From Candidatus Vogelbacteria bacterium (GTDB lineage Bacteria; Patescibacteriota; Minisyncoccia; Phycocordibacterales; UBA12445), in NCBI GenBank assembly GCA_016201465.1, contig JACQCV010000032.1:1-44231 (forward strand): a DNA stretch of 44,231 nucleotides. The letters run 5' to 3'. Every line of letters begins with the position of its first letter. Positions within the stretch are counted from its first letter, which is position 1. The notes beneath the pieces are model-generated. The model was not told the DNA's origin. It searched no databases and saw only the letters and a program-made list of their open reading frames with translations. The translations under genes were made by a program, and so were the position numbers. Positions 29,106 to 39,062 of the stretch are shown one piece after another.

Positions 29106-29622
29106 TTCCAACCTCCTTCGAAGTAATAACCTTACCCACTTCAAAACTATAATCCACAAAACCTGGCTTCACTGTTTCGCCCTCGCTTTCATCTAGAACC
29201 GGTCTCACAAAAACCTCAAAGTCTAAGTGGGGTCCAACGCTATATCCAGTGTTACCACTATAGCCAATCAGTTGACCACATTCCACAGTCTGCCCAACAA
29301 CAACCAACGACCCACCACACTTCAAGTGTTCATAAGCGCTGTATTCCCTATTCGCATGTCGAATCACAATCCTATTGCCGTCATTCCAATATTTCCCGTC
29401 CGGTCCACCGACATCAGAATCCTGCTTAACATAAACTACCGTGCCACCCAAAGCCGCGACGACTTGGGATAGTTCTGGCACAAGAAAGTCGACCGCATAT
29501 TTCAGGTTTCCCTCATGTGAATTGAATGGAAGTTCACCATAATTATGACTCAACTGAAGGTCCTCAGCCAAAATCGGCAGTGCGTATATATTTGTGCTTT
29601 TGGCACTAGTCTCTTGATTCAT
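29083..29622 (-). CDS. M23 family metallopeptidase (variant HxD motif)
   Basis: AVDF, V.AA..G.V, GNRIVIRH, AYEHL, GQ.IG.SGNTGYS.GPHLDFEV; SD AGGAGG. Confidence 0.88.
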   Translation of the reverse strand: MNQETSAKSTNIYALPILAEDLQLSHNYGELPFNSHEGNLKYAVDFLVPELSQVVAALGGTVVYVKQDSDVGGPDGKYWNDGNRIVIRHANREYSAYEHLKCGGSLVVVGQTVECGQLIGYSGNTGYSVGPHLDFEVFVRPVLDESEGETVKPGFVDYSFEVGKVITSKEVGNEKANSG

Positions 29623-29667
29623 CTTTTTCCTCCTGAGCATAAAAACATAAAACTCTTCAACCAAATT

Positions 29668-30024
29668 TTAGAAATCAAAATCTGGGAGCTTTATCATCCT
29701 GTCTTTTTTCTTCTTCTGTTTGGCGGAAGTCTGACTTGTTACGAAGTCAACAAATTCCTGTGGGGGCTGATATTTATGAACCCTTACATAGTGAGTCAAC
29801 ATCTCTGGCCAAATATATCCGCCGGCCATAATTTCAGAACTAGATTTTGCCCCGCCACAATAAGGACAGTCATGATGTCCAAAACTTGGCATTGTTTCAA
29901 TGTTCAGTTTCTTCAACTTATCCAAGAAATCTGCAGGTACGTTCCCAACCACAAAGTCACCGTCCAGATATCCTATAGCCTTTAATCTAACAACGGGATG
30001 TAAAGCCAAATCTTCTATAAACAC
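29668..30024 (-). CDS. His/Cys-motif protein (IGYL...HxCxxC...PEMLxHY...HxYxPP family)
   Basis: SD AAAGGAG before GTG; homologous to 14321..14728. Confidence 0.8.
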   Translation of the reverse strand: MFIEDLALHPVVRLKAIGYLDGDFVVGNVPADFLDKLKKLNIETMPSFGHHDCPYCGGAKSSSEIMAGGYIWPEMLTHYVRVHKYQPPQEFVDFVTSQTSAKQKKKKDRMIKLPDFDF

Positions 30025-30134
30025 CAGAAGTCTCCTTTCGATTAAAAATCAAAAAACGATCTTTCGTAAGACTAATAAAAAATATTGGTAATGTCCACCC
30101 TTTTTACTACTAAAAAGGTGGCACCTAACTCTGT

Positions 30135-30467
30135 TTATTTAGAGCTCTTCCAAGAATCTAGGGATTGCTGAGTAAAAAATTTCTTCTTAAGTTCATCTAT
30201 CTGATCCGGTAAAAGTCTTGCATCTTGGCATAGCTTACTAAACTCCTCTTGTAGTATTTTATTTTCAAATGAAAGAAGATCCCCGTTTTCAACTGCCTCC
30301 ATACCTCCCTTATATAAGTAGTTAATTTCCTGAGGTCCTATATTCCTCTCCAAAAGTCTTTCGGCAAAAACTAATCTAAACTTCTTACAAAATTCTTCCC
30401 ATTTCTTATCATCCATTCCCAACTTAAACAACTCAACCACTTCTGGATCAACCTTTGGGGGCAACAA
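30135..30467 (-). CDS. Hypothetical protein
   Basis: Helical ORF, start uncertain. Confidence 0.6.
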   Translation of the reverse strand: MLPPKVDPEVVELFKLGMDDKKWEEFCKKFRLVFAERLLERNIGPQEINYLYKGGMEAVENGDLLSFENKILQEEFSKLCQDARLLPDQIDELKKKFFTQQSLDSWKSSK

Positions 30468-30529
30468 ACTTTTTATCTGGAGAAGCCATACTTATTCATT
30501 ATATATTTAATAATAGCATATTTATTATA

Positions 30530-31366
30530 CTACTTGCCTGCCAGCGTCACCAAATTCTTAAAAAGCATGGCGACGGTTATAGGCCCAACGCCTCCAGGGA
30601 CTGGAGAGAAGACAAGAGCCTTGTCGACACAGGCAGGATCAACATCACCGACAATCTTACCTGAGACATCTGATGTGGCAGCGTCGATAATTATCACTCC
30701 CCCGAGTTTAGTGGCAAACTTTTCGGGTAACATATCAGGTTTAATTAAATTCGGCACACCAGCTCCAGCGATTATTATATCTGCCGTTTTTGTGAACTGA
30801 GAAAGATCTATAGTATCACGTCCCAATAAACTGACCCGAGCGCCCATAGTTTCAAGCCAGAGAGCTGCCGGTTTTCCCACCAGCTTACCACGACCTATAA
30901 TAACAGCCTTAAGCCCCATAAATCCGAGAATTTTATTTCTATCCAGAATTTCTTTAATGGCACCTGTGACTGGTGGCAAAATTGGCGAGATGCCATCAGT
31001 GAAAGATTTATAAGCGACTTCGGAAAGCAGATCAACATCTTTATTAATAGAAATAATATTCAAAACTCTCTGAGAATCAATATGTTTTGGAAGTGGCAAC
31101 TGCACAATGATACCGGTGGGATTTTTTTTTATAATATTTTTTATCTCACTGATCAACTCATCAGTGAGAATCCCCTCTCCATATTTGTACACATCCACCT
31201 TGATTCCAACATCTTCTCCAAACTTCTTTTTCTTCTCAACATATTTTGCTGACACTGTATCATTCCCCACCCAAACAATTGCCAGGCTCGGATACTTCAA
31301 AAGCTTAACTCTTTCTTTAAGTTCTTCTTTTATTTCATCTCTTATTTTATTTCCGTCGATTATCAT
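30530..31366 (-). CDS. folD: Methylenetetrahydrofolate dehydrogenase/cyclohydrolase
   Basis: MIIDG, YVEKK, GIIVQLPLP, KDVD, GRGKLVGKP, PVPGGVGPITV. Confidence 0.95.
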   Translation of the reverse strand: MIIDGNKIRDEIKEELKERVKLLKYPSLAIVWVGNDTVSAKYVEKKKKFGEDVGIKVDVYKYGEGILTDELISEIKNIIKKNPTGIIVQLPLPKHIDSQRVLNIISINKDVDLLSEVAYKSFTDGISPILPPVTGAIKEILDRNKILGFMGLKAVIIGRGKLVGKPAALWLETMGARVSLLGRDTIDLSQFTKTADIIIAGAGVPNLIKPDMLPEKFATKLGGVIIIDAATSDVSGKIVGDVDPACVDKALVFSPVPGGVGPITVAMLFKNLVTLAGK

Positions 31367-31379
31367 TGTTATGTACTGC

Positions 31380-31537
31380 GGATCGTTCCGAGAATTAAAT
31401 TTTAGAAATTGCTTAACCCCACTCTCACGCCTAGCCAAAATGATTGCTAGTCCCTAGCACAAAAATAATCATTTTGGCTGAGGGTTCGAGCGGCCGCCCC
31501 CGCCTACAATTTTTAAAATTTATTCTCTGCGCGATCC
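31380..31537. repeat. 158-nt nested imperfect inverted repeat (MITE/REP-like)
   Basis: Five nested arm pairs including a 16-bp and a 13-bp pair. Confidence 0.8.
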
Positions 31538-32710
31538 CCTTGCCCGCAACACCGCATCAATCTTCCTGGCAATCTTTACCATATCTCCCTCCTTCTTGCC
31601 TCTCGTGGTTTCAGCAGCTGTGCCTAGCCTAATACCAGATGGATCCATCGGGCTCCTCGTATCAAAGGGTATTGTGTTCATGTTTACTATAATACCAGCC
31701 TTTTCTAATTTTAGACTAGCTTCTTTGCCACTGACACCAATTCCATTCTTCCACGTATCCATCAAAATTAAATGCGAATCTGTACCACCAGAAATTATTC
31801 TCCAGCCTAACTTTGCGAGCTCGTTCGATAAAACTTTGGCATTCTTAATCACCTGCTTCGCATATTTTTTGAACGCCGGACTGTCTGCCTCCCTGAGCGC
31901 CACCGCAACTGCTGCGATCTGATTTAAATGCGGGCCACCCTGCATTCCCGGGAAAACAGCTTTATCAATTTTCTGCGGTAAACCCCTCGCATCTTTTTTT
32001 GAAAAAATCATGGCCGACCTCGGACCACGCAAAGTTTTGTGAACTGTCGTCGTAACAATATCTGCATATTCAAAAGGCGATGGGTATGTTTGACCAGCGA
32101 CTAGACCAGCAAAATGCGACATATCCACCATGAGCAGTGTGCCACATGCATCAGCAATATCCCTAAACTTTTTAAAATCAATAACTCGAGGATATGCCGT
32201 GAACCCGGCAACAATTAATTTAGGCTGTTCTGTTTTTGCTAACTCCTTGAGTGCTTCGTAATTCAAAACCTCAGAATCTTTGTCTACCCCATACGGAATT
32301 TGTTTCCAGATCTTGCCCGTTATAGAAACCTTGTGACCGTGCGTCAGATGACCACCATGTACTAGATGCATACCCATTATCTTCTGACCTGGTTCCACAA
32401 GTGCCAAGTAGACGGCAACGTTCGCCGGAGATCCCGACAGAGGTTGTACGTTTACTGCCCACTCATTTTCATCCAAAGCAAAAAGTCCCAATGCCCTCAC
32501 CTTGCATAAATTTTCAACCTTATCAGAAATTTCATTTCCCCCATAGTACCGTGCCCCAGGATATCCCTCAGCATACTTATTGGTCAACACAGAACCGAGC
32601 GCCTTGAGAACGTCATCTGACACATAATTTTCAGAAGCAATAAGATTTATCACCTTTTTCTGTCGAGTGCTCTCCTCTATGATTAACTTTTCTATCTGTT
32701 TATCTTTCAT
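31520..32710 (-). CDS. glyA: Serine hydroxymethyltransferase
   Basis: LIASEN, NKYAEGYPGARYYGG, TTTVHKTLRGPR, SGIRLGT. Confidence 0.98.
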   Translation of the reverse strand: MKDKQIEKLIIEESTRQKKVINLIASENYVSDDVLKALGSVLTNKYAEGYPGARYYGGNEISDKVENLCKVRALGLFALDENEWAVNVQPLSGSPANVAVYLALVEPGQKIMGMHLVHGGHLTHGHKVSITGKIWKQIPYGVDKDSEVLNYEALKELAKTEQPKLIVAGFTAYPRVIDFKKFRDIADACGTLLMVDMSHFAGLVAGQTYPSPFEYADIVTTTVHKTLRGPRSAMIFSKKDARGLPQKIDKAVFPGMQGGPHLNQIAAVAVALREADSPAFKKYAKQVIKNAKVLSNELAKLGWRIISGGTDSHLILMDTWKNGIGVSGKEASLKLEKAGIIVNMNTIPFDTRSPMDPSGIRLGTAAETTRGKKEGDMVKIARKIDAVLRARGSRRE

Positions 32711-32722
32711 AATTACTAACCA

Positions 32723-33724
32723 CTATATCACATCTCTACCATAGCGCCCATCCTCACTGGCGACTGACTCACGAGATGTATAAAGGTAATCGAATCCAAA
32801 CTTTTTAGTTATTTTTGATCCGTCTATAAGGATGGGATAACAAAATAACCTCCAACTACCCCTGGAAGTTGGTATCTTACCCCTAGACAAATGCCACAAC
32901 AGAAAAAAAATAAAATTGATCACGAGCGGCGGAAGCGTGATTAAGCTCTTGTGTAAAATCTTGGCCACTTCACTGGCTAAGATAAGGTCTGTAGCCGCAA
33001 GGTTAAGAATCTCAAAAGTGTTCTGCTTGACAAAATCTGCAAATGTAAACATAGCGATAACATCTGTTACATCATCTTCGTGTACATATTGCTTACACCA
33101 TTTATCATTCGCCACAGGAAAAAAGGGTAGATCATCGTGTTTATCAATTGATCTTCCTCTTGGCCCGTAAGTTGATGCCAACCTAAGAACAAAAACCTGC
33201 TTCGCCTCATTACACATATTATATAAATCCAAAAGTAATCTCTCTGCCTCTTTTTTTTGCTGGCAACTAAGCGTATCTAATTCTTTTAATTTATCTGTCT
33301 CAGAGAAAAAGTGTTCAAGATTATTATCTGGAAACGCACCATATACAGACGCATCACTGAGAAAAATCAATTTTTTAACAAATTGATTTTTAAACGCAAA
33401 TTCAAAAACCTCTCGGGAACTGGTAAGATTTAACTCGTTTTGCAGCTCCACCCGTCCATACGGTTCTCTAGTCTGCCAGGCTGCATGGATGACGACCTCT
33501 GGCTTATTGATTAACGCTGGAATCTTCCAAACATTTTGATACAAATTGGATGTGATCCAGACAATCTTTTTATTCTCCCTCAACAATTCCGGCATAGGTG
33601 CCATATCTACAGCGACAATCATCTCGAGATCCGGGCTCTTTGAAAATTGATCGCACAACATCGTACCAATATACCCAGCCGCACCAGTAATCATTATTAC
33701 TCTGGGGGACTTAAATTTTGACAT
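32723..33724 (-). CDS. NAD-dependent epimerase/dehydratase-like (extended SDR)
   Basis: ITGAAGYIG, VIHAA, YGP, QYVHEDDV; TGATG overlap with upstream gene. Confidence 0.85.
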   Translation of the reverse strand: MSKFKSPRVIMITGAAGYIGTMLCDQFSKSPDLEMIVAVDMAPMPELLRENKKIVWITSNLYQNVWKIPALINKPEVVIHAAWQTREPYGRVELQNELNLTSSREVFEFAFKNQFVKKLIFLSDASVYGAFPDNNLEHFFSETDKLKELDTLSCQQKKEAERLLLDLYNMCNEAKQVFVLRLASTYGPRGRSIDKHDDLPFFPVANDKWCKQYVHEDDVTDVIAMFTFADFVKQNTFEILNLAATDLILASEVAKILHKSLITLPPLVINFIFFLLWHLSRGKIPTSRGSWRLFCYPILIDGSKITKKFGFDYLYTSRESVASEDGRYGRDVI

Positions 33725-35067
33725 CACATTCCTACACAAGATAAAACAATTTGAAGAGTCCGAAATGCGATCTTTATGTCGAGCCAGAAAGATCTGTGTT
33801 TTAAATAAAATAAATCGAATGAAAGTTTTTCACGAGTTGCTTCTATGGCTGTCCCATGGTGTGGATGTCCTTCCTGATAGATCTGAGCCCAACCCGAAAG
33901 TCCAGGCTTAATCAAATGACGAATACCATAAAATGGAATCTGTGCTTCATATTCTTTAACAAGCGGCAAAAACTCTGGACGTGGCCCAACCAAAGAAAGA
34001 TCTCCTCGAATAACATTCCAAAGCTGTGGCAACTCATCTATACGGGTTTTTCGAAGAAACGATCCTACCTTAGTTGTACGAAGTGTGGTTTTACCGCCGA
34101 TATAATTACCACCATCATTGCCCGTCATGGTCCGAAATTTATATATAGAAAAGATGTGTCCATACTGACCGACACGCTCTTGCCTTATAAAAAAACGCCC
34201 GCGATCCTCCAACCAAATTAAAAGTGCAGCGATAGGATAAAGTGATAAAGTAATTATTCCAAGAACAAGAGCAAGTAAAATATCCATTATTCGCTTCAAT
34301 ATGTCATAGACCCGAGAATTTTCGGCGATGACGCTTTCAATAAACCACCAATCATTAACCTTAGATAACGGTATTCGGTCAAAAAGTTCTTCAAAATAGG
34401 AGTCGACATCAACAAATTTAATTTTTGAATAGTTATCTACGCCGAGAGACGCAGCCAAGTTTTTTTCGAGCTCATTTCTAAAGTGGATCATAACAACAGA
34501 AATATGCTCACTCCTTATGAGGTTAATTAGACTTTCACGCACAAGGTTACTTGGCCGACGAATAACCCTGTATCCATGGAATGGATTTATTGCCAACTCC
34601 TCAGCTATTAAGTCCGCTTCAACACTATTTCCGATTAGCAGGAGGATTTCTGGGCGACTGCTGTACAGTAACGGTGAAATAAAAAGTCTCCAGATGATCA
34701 TTAAAAAACTAGATAAGACGAAATATATAAAAAGATTTGTTTTAGGAGTCAGTCCGAAATAAGGAATGAAATAAAATAGAACCACAGCCAGCAGACTGTT
34801 AACAATCTGAGCGTTGATTATGGTAGAAAGAATTTTTCGCCGAAAAACAATAGTCTGTTTACCGTATAGGTTGAAAATAAAAAAAACTAACAACCAAAGT
34901 AGAATCGCCGGCGTAAATGCAAGAATATGACCAAAGAATAGCTGATTATACTGACCAGTGGTTTGACCTGAATAACGTACAAAAAGAGTAAGCCATATGG
35001 CCGAAACAAAACACAAAATATCTCCCAAAGCTAAGATAAATTGTTCTTTCTTTCTACCTATAATCAT
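33724..35067 (-). CDS. Polyprenyl-phosphate sugar phosphotransferase (WcaJ/WbaP-like)
   Basis: KRIMD, KFRTM, LRKTRIDELPQLWNV.RGD.SLVGPRP, KPGLSGWAQ. Confidence 0.93.
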   Translation of the reverse strand: MIIGRKKEQFILALGDILCFVSAIWLTLFVRYSGQTTGQYNQLFFGHILAFTPAILLWLLVFFIFNLYGKQTIVFRRKILSTIINAQIVNSLLAVVLFYFIPYFGLTPKTNLFIYFVLSSFLMIIWRLFISPLLYSSRPEILLLIGNSVEADLIAEELAINPFHGYRVIRRPSNLVRESLINLIRSEHISVVMIHFRNELEKNLAASLGVDNYSKIKFVDVDSYFEELFDRIPLSKVNDWWFIESVIAENSRVYDILKRIMDILLALVLGIITLSLYPIAALLIWLEDRGRFFIRQERVGQYGHIFSIYKFRTMTGNDGGNYIGGKTTLRTTKVGSFLRKTRIDELPQLWNVIRGDLSLVGPRPEFLPLVKEYEAQIPFYGIRHLIKPGLSGWAQIYQEGHPHHGTAIEATREKLSFDLFYLKHRSFWLDIKIAFRTLQIVLSCVGM

Positions 35068-35127
35068 AGTTTAACATTCTACAACGGATTGTAACTATAA
35101 TAAAGCCCTTATGGTAATATAATAAAT

Positions 35128-36252
35128 ATGCACGAAAAGACCAAGATTTTATACGTCATCACTAAATCCAACTGGGGCGGGGCGCAAAAATACATTTTTG
35201 AGCTTGCGATAAATCTGCCCAAAGATAAATTCGACGTCGCGGTTGTACTAGGGGGTAACGGGGTCTTAGCAGGTAAGCTTCAAAAAGAACATATAAAAAC
35301 AATCAACTTACCTAGTTTAGAACGGGATATAAACTTTTTTAGGGAGTTTATTGTCTTATTCGATTTAATTAAAATTTTTAGACATGAGAAGCCAAATATT
35401 ATTCACCTCAACAGCTCCAAAATAGGCGGCCTGGGATCCCTCGCCGGCCGCATTTACCCTCTACTAAAAAACAGACGCTCAACCCCAAACCCTAAGATAG
35501 TTTTCACTGCCCACGGATTCGCCTTTAATGAGGATAGACCAAAAATTGTAAAAATGATCCTGTTCATACTGAACTACATTACGATACTCTGGAGTCATAA
35601 AGTTATTATCATCAACGAACATGAATTGAACCAAGTTAAGAGTTTACCGTTTATTCAGAGAAAACTCGAACTTATACATCTAGGTGTTCGGCCAATCACT
35701 GGATTAAGAGTCAATAAAGATATTGGCAGCCCAGTTGCAATTGGCACAATATCAGAACTTACAAAAAATAAGGGGCTTCAATATGTAATAGAGGCTATCG
35801 CTAGATTAAAAAATAAAAATATTACGTTTACTATCATTGGCGAAGGCGAAGAAAGAAATCATTTAACATCGTTAATTTATCAAAATAATATTGCCGACAA
35901 GGTGCAATTACTTGGATTCAAAGAAAGCGCAACCTCATATTTAAATCTTTTCGACATCTTTACTCTCACATCGGTAAAAGAGGGACTTCCCTACTCTATC
36001 CTCGAGGCTGGACTCGCCGGACTCCCGGTTGTCGCATCAAATGTCGGGGGTATTGGAGAAATAATTAAAAAAGACAAATCCGGAATTTTTGTTGAGCCTA
36101 AATATGTCGAGCTAATTGTTGTGGCCTTATCACAGCTCATCGATAGTCCAACACTTAGAAAAACTTTCGGCCAAAATCTCAAAAAAACAGTTGAGCAAAA
36201 ATTCTCTATCGAGCAAATGATCGAGAAGACAAAGGCATTGTACGAAAAGTAA
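35128..36252 (+). CDS. GT4 family glycosyltransferase
   Basis: GGAQKY, FTAHG, KNKG, EGLPYSILEAG..GLPVVAS.VGG. Confidence 0.92.
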   Translation: MHEKTKILYVITKSNWGGAQKYIFELAINLPKDKFDVAVVLGGNGVLAGKLQKEHIKTINLPSLERDINFFREFIVLFDLIKIFRHEKPNIIHLNSSKIGGLGSLAGRIYPLLKNRRSTPNPKIVFTAHGFAFNEDRPKIVKMILFILNYITILWSHKVIIINEHELNQVKSLPFIQRKLELIHLGVRPITGLRVNKDIGSPVAIGTISELTKNKGLQYVIEAIARLKNKNITFTIIGEGEERNHLTSLIYQNNIADKVQLLGFKESATSYLNLFDIFTLTSVKEGLPYSILEAGLAGLPVVASNVGGIGEIIKKDKSGIFVEPKYVELIVVALSQLIDSPTLRKTFGQNLKKTVEQKFSIEQMIEKTKALYEK

Positions 36253-36413
36253 AATACTCTGTGCAATACAAAAACTCACTTCAATAACTCCGCGGCCGCG
36301 GAAAAAGTGAAACGAACATTGACATAACTATCAACTGTGTGCTAGTATTATCCCAGAAAATCTTGCATAATTGAAAACCAAAAAACCGTAATACGCACTG
36401 AAGGGAGCTTTAA

Positions 36414-37379
36414 ATGAACTTCGATATTGAGAAACATACAATTCTACGGCTTGTGCACGGGTCACACGCGTACAGAACCAACACCCCAGACAGCGATATG
36501 GATCTCCGAGGAGTAGCAATTCCCCCAGAGCCGTACTTCCTAGGGTTCCACAGTATCTTCGAGCAGAATATTGTCGGTCAAAATGGATCTGATGAAGATA
36601 CCGTCATATACGATATCCGCAAGTTTTTCAAACTTGCTGTCGATTGCAATCCGAACGTCATCGAACTTCTGTATGTCCCGGATCGATGCATCCAGTTCGC
36701 AACTACAATCGGTGAGAAGATACTGGCCAACCGTGACCTATTTTTGTCGCAGAAAGCCAAGTTCAAGTTCTCTGGATTCGCCATGGCGCAAATGAAGAGG
36801 ATGAAGACTCACCGTGGATGGCTTCTATCGCCACCAAACCACGAGCCTACTCGCGCCGAGTACGGACTCGGGCCAAATCCCGAACTCTCACCTGTTGTTC
36901 GTGAGGCAATTAAATTGTTAATCAAAAGTAATATTGATCTCTCTCGAATTCTCAAGGAAGAGGCAGTTGAAGCCTACAAAAAGGAGAGGGCTTACCACAA
37001 CTCAGTCGAAACATGGAGCCACTTCCTCAAGTGGAGAAGCGAAAGAAACCCCGCTAGAGCTAAACTCGAGGCTAAGTTCGGCTATGACACAAAAGATGCA
37101 ATGCATCTAGTTCGCGTCATGCGGATGGCTAAAGAGATCATCCTAACCGGCAAAGTTCTCGTAGAGAGACCTGACAGAGAGGAACTTCTCGCAATCAAGC
37201 ACGGCGCCTGGAAGTACGAAGAGATCCTTGGGTGGGCTGATAAACACGACACTGAAATCAATGAGATCTACGACGACCCGGCGCGTAACTGTGTTCTACC
37301 CCACACTGCGAACATGAACAAGCTTGAGAATCTCTGCGTCGAGCTCAACAAGGAATTCTTGGATTTCAAGAAGGTGTAA
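36414..37379 (+). CDS. Pol-beta-superfamily nucleotidyltransferase (RlaP/YcgL-like)
   Basis: GSHAY.TNT.DSD.D.RGV, NPNVIELL, GYDTK.AMHL.R; TTGACA upstream at 36319. Confidence 0.88.
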   Translation: MNFDIEKHTILRLVHGSHAYRTNTPDSDMDLRGVAIPPEPYFLGFHSIFEQNIVGQNGSDEDTVIYDIRKFFKLAVDCNPNVIELLYVPDRCIQFATTIGEKILANRDLFLSQKAKFKFSGFAMAQMKRMKTHRGWLLSPPNHEPTRAEYGLGPNPELSPVVREAIKLLIKSNIDLSRILKEEAVEAYKKERAYHNSVETWSHFLKWRSERNPARAKLEAKFGYDTKDAMHLVRVMRMAKEIILTGKVLVERPDREELLAIKHGAWKYEEILGWADKHDTEINEIYDDPARNCVLPHTANMNKLENLCVELNKEFLDFKKV

Positions 37380-37416
37380 TAATTACGATCCAGATCTAAA
37401 GGAAGGTGTGTCTAAA

Positions 37417-37998
37417 ATGAAAAAATGGCTAAGATCCATAAGCCCAACTCAAATGTCGGAAACAGTATGGTTCGCCCTTATGGGGCTTGCGACGGTGGGA
37501 TCAATAACGTGGCTTTATCTTCTGCTTTTCGTAAACCCAACAGTAGCTTTGATCGTCTACCTCACAGCCGTCTTATTCAACTTCGGCCTACTGTACATTG
37601 ACTCCCACAGGCCGGCAGAAATTACGATCACTTTCGGAAGCGGCCCGGATCCTGTTGCATACCTTTTCTGTTTCGCCATGTGTATAGTGGCTCCGATCGG
37701 CCTCGTGGTAATAGGTACCAGTGCTGCCTACGCTATTCATTACAGATTCTTCGGGATGCGCCTTGACGAACGAATGACGGTGACCAAGAAAGTTCAATCA
37801 AATCCTACCATTGCGCTAAGCTGCAAATCAGGATACCCAGAGAATAGTCGCTGCCAAAGTGATAAAATCCTGAGCGAACTCAGTATCGGACGTTCTGTTG
37901 GTGGGCCGGATATTGTCGCTGAATGTCACGAATGTAGATGCGGCTGGTTCATCGCATTTGATCACGAAGATCTCATGTACAAACACCGAGACGATTAG
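37417..37998 (+). CDS. Membrane protein (3 TM) with C-terminal Cys cluster
   Basis: SD-like AAGGAAGGT before ATG 37417; C..C...CHEC tail. Confidence 0.7.
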   Translation: MKKWLRSISPTQMSETVWFALMGLATVGSITWLYLLLFVNPTVALIVYLTAVLFNFGLLYIDSHRPAEITITFGSGPDPVAYLFCFAMCIVAPIGLVVIGTSAAYAIHYRFFGMRLDERMTVTKKVQSNPTIALSCKSGYPENSRCQSDKILSELSIGRSVGGPDIVAECHECRCGWFIAFDHEDLMYKHRDD

Positions 37999-38017
37999 CT
38001 CGTAACAAATACTAACC

Positions 38018-38052
38018 CCCCCCTGGCAATTTGCCAGGGGGGCTCTTTTTTT
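38018..38052 (+). terminator. Intrinsic terminator
   Basis: CCCCCCTGGCAA-T-TTGCCAGGGGGG then T tract. Confidence 0.8.
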
Positions 38053-38126
38053 ATTGTGTACTCTTGACTCAAAGACACCAATATGATTATATTGTCACAG
38101 AAAAAGGGATCTGAAAGGAGATCTAA

Positions 38127-38912
38127 ATGAAACTTAAAATTGGAACATATAACATTGCTCACGGTAGAGGCACAGCCAAAAGTAATTGGAGCGGCGGGAC
38201 ACTCAATGAGAGAGGACTGCGGCTCGAAGAGATCGCGAAAGTGATCATGCCATTGGATATCGTAATCCTAAACGAAGTAGACTTTGCCGCCCCGTGGTCA
38301 TGGTGGATACAGAATCAGGCAGATATCTTAAAGAATTTTGCCAGATTCAACTATATGGCCACGGCCATGAACAACCGAATTATCTGGCACTCCGGACTGG
38401 CGATCCTAAGCAAGTATCCAATCATTAACAGTGAAGTTATCAGGCTTCCTCAATACTTTAAGTGGTGGACTTCAGTTGGATACCGCAAGGACGCACTCTC
38501 AGCAACTGTCCAATTACCGAGCGGTCAGCAGATCAAAATTATTGCTGTGCATCTAGATTATCACAGCGACTCAACAGTCAGGCGACCCTCGGCAGAAATC
38601 CTAATTGATTACGCAAAAAAACAAACGATCCCCGTTATCATGGCCGGAGACTTCAACAACGTTCCGACAGGATTCCCTGGACTGCGCGACGAGCCACCAA
38701 CAGCACTAGACGTAATTCGTGAAAGCAGGCTCTTCAATTACCGGCCGATCGTAAATCCCACGGCCGAACAGATGACATTTCACTCACTCAACCCCTGGCT
38801 GGTGATCGACTGGATTTTTACTCCAAAGAACTGGCAGGTTGTCGAATACAAAGCTATCGACACTAGTCTATCAGACCATAAGCCTGTCATCGCAGAAGTT
38901 GAAATAGTATAA
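38127..38912 (+). CDS. Endonuclease/exonuclease/phosphatase family protein, paralog 1
   Basis: TYNIAHG, LNEVD, AILSKYP, VHLD, AGDFN, IDWIF, SDHKPV. Confidence 0.9.
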   Translation: MKLKIGTYNIAHGRGTAKSNWSGGTLNERGLRLEEIAKVIMPLDIVILNEVDFAAPWSWWIQNQADILKNFARFNYMATAMNNRIIWHSGLAILSKYPIINSEVIRLPQYFKWWTSVGYRKDALSATVQLPSGQQIKIIAVHLDYHSDSTVRRPSAEILIDYAKKQTIPVIMAGDFNNVPTGFPGLRDEPPTALDVIRESRLFNYRPIVNPTAEQMTFHSLNPWLVIDWIFTPKNWQVVEYKAIDTSLSDHKPVIAEVEIV

Positions 38913-39062
38913 ACACTAATCCCCATAACGACAATATCGGCATGGGGATCTTTCATGACATCTAGCTACTATTGACTTTAGCCTATACATCTGCTTCTAT
39001 TAGATTGTAGGGGGTAGTTCTTTAAAAAAATCAACAAATATTGAAAAAACGGAGGTTATTCG

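Noticed and set aside
14022..30467. Accessory genes as integron cassettes or a prophage
   Set aside because: Intergenic hairpins look like ordinary unrelated terminators without attC R/L boxes; no integrase, terminase or structural genes; core genes are interleaved
30455..30499. Programmed frameshift joining MASPDKK to the 30135 ORF
   Set aside because: An in-frame TTG start is available and there is no homology evidence to favour a shift
31367..31438. N-terminal extension of folD
   Set aside because: Lies in the inverted-repeat element; FolD typically begins at MIIDG
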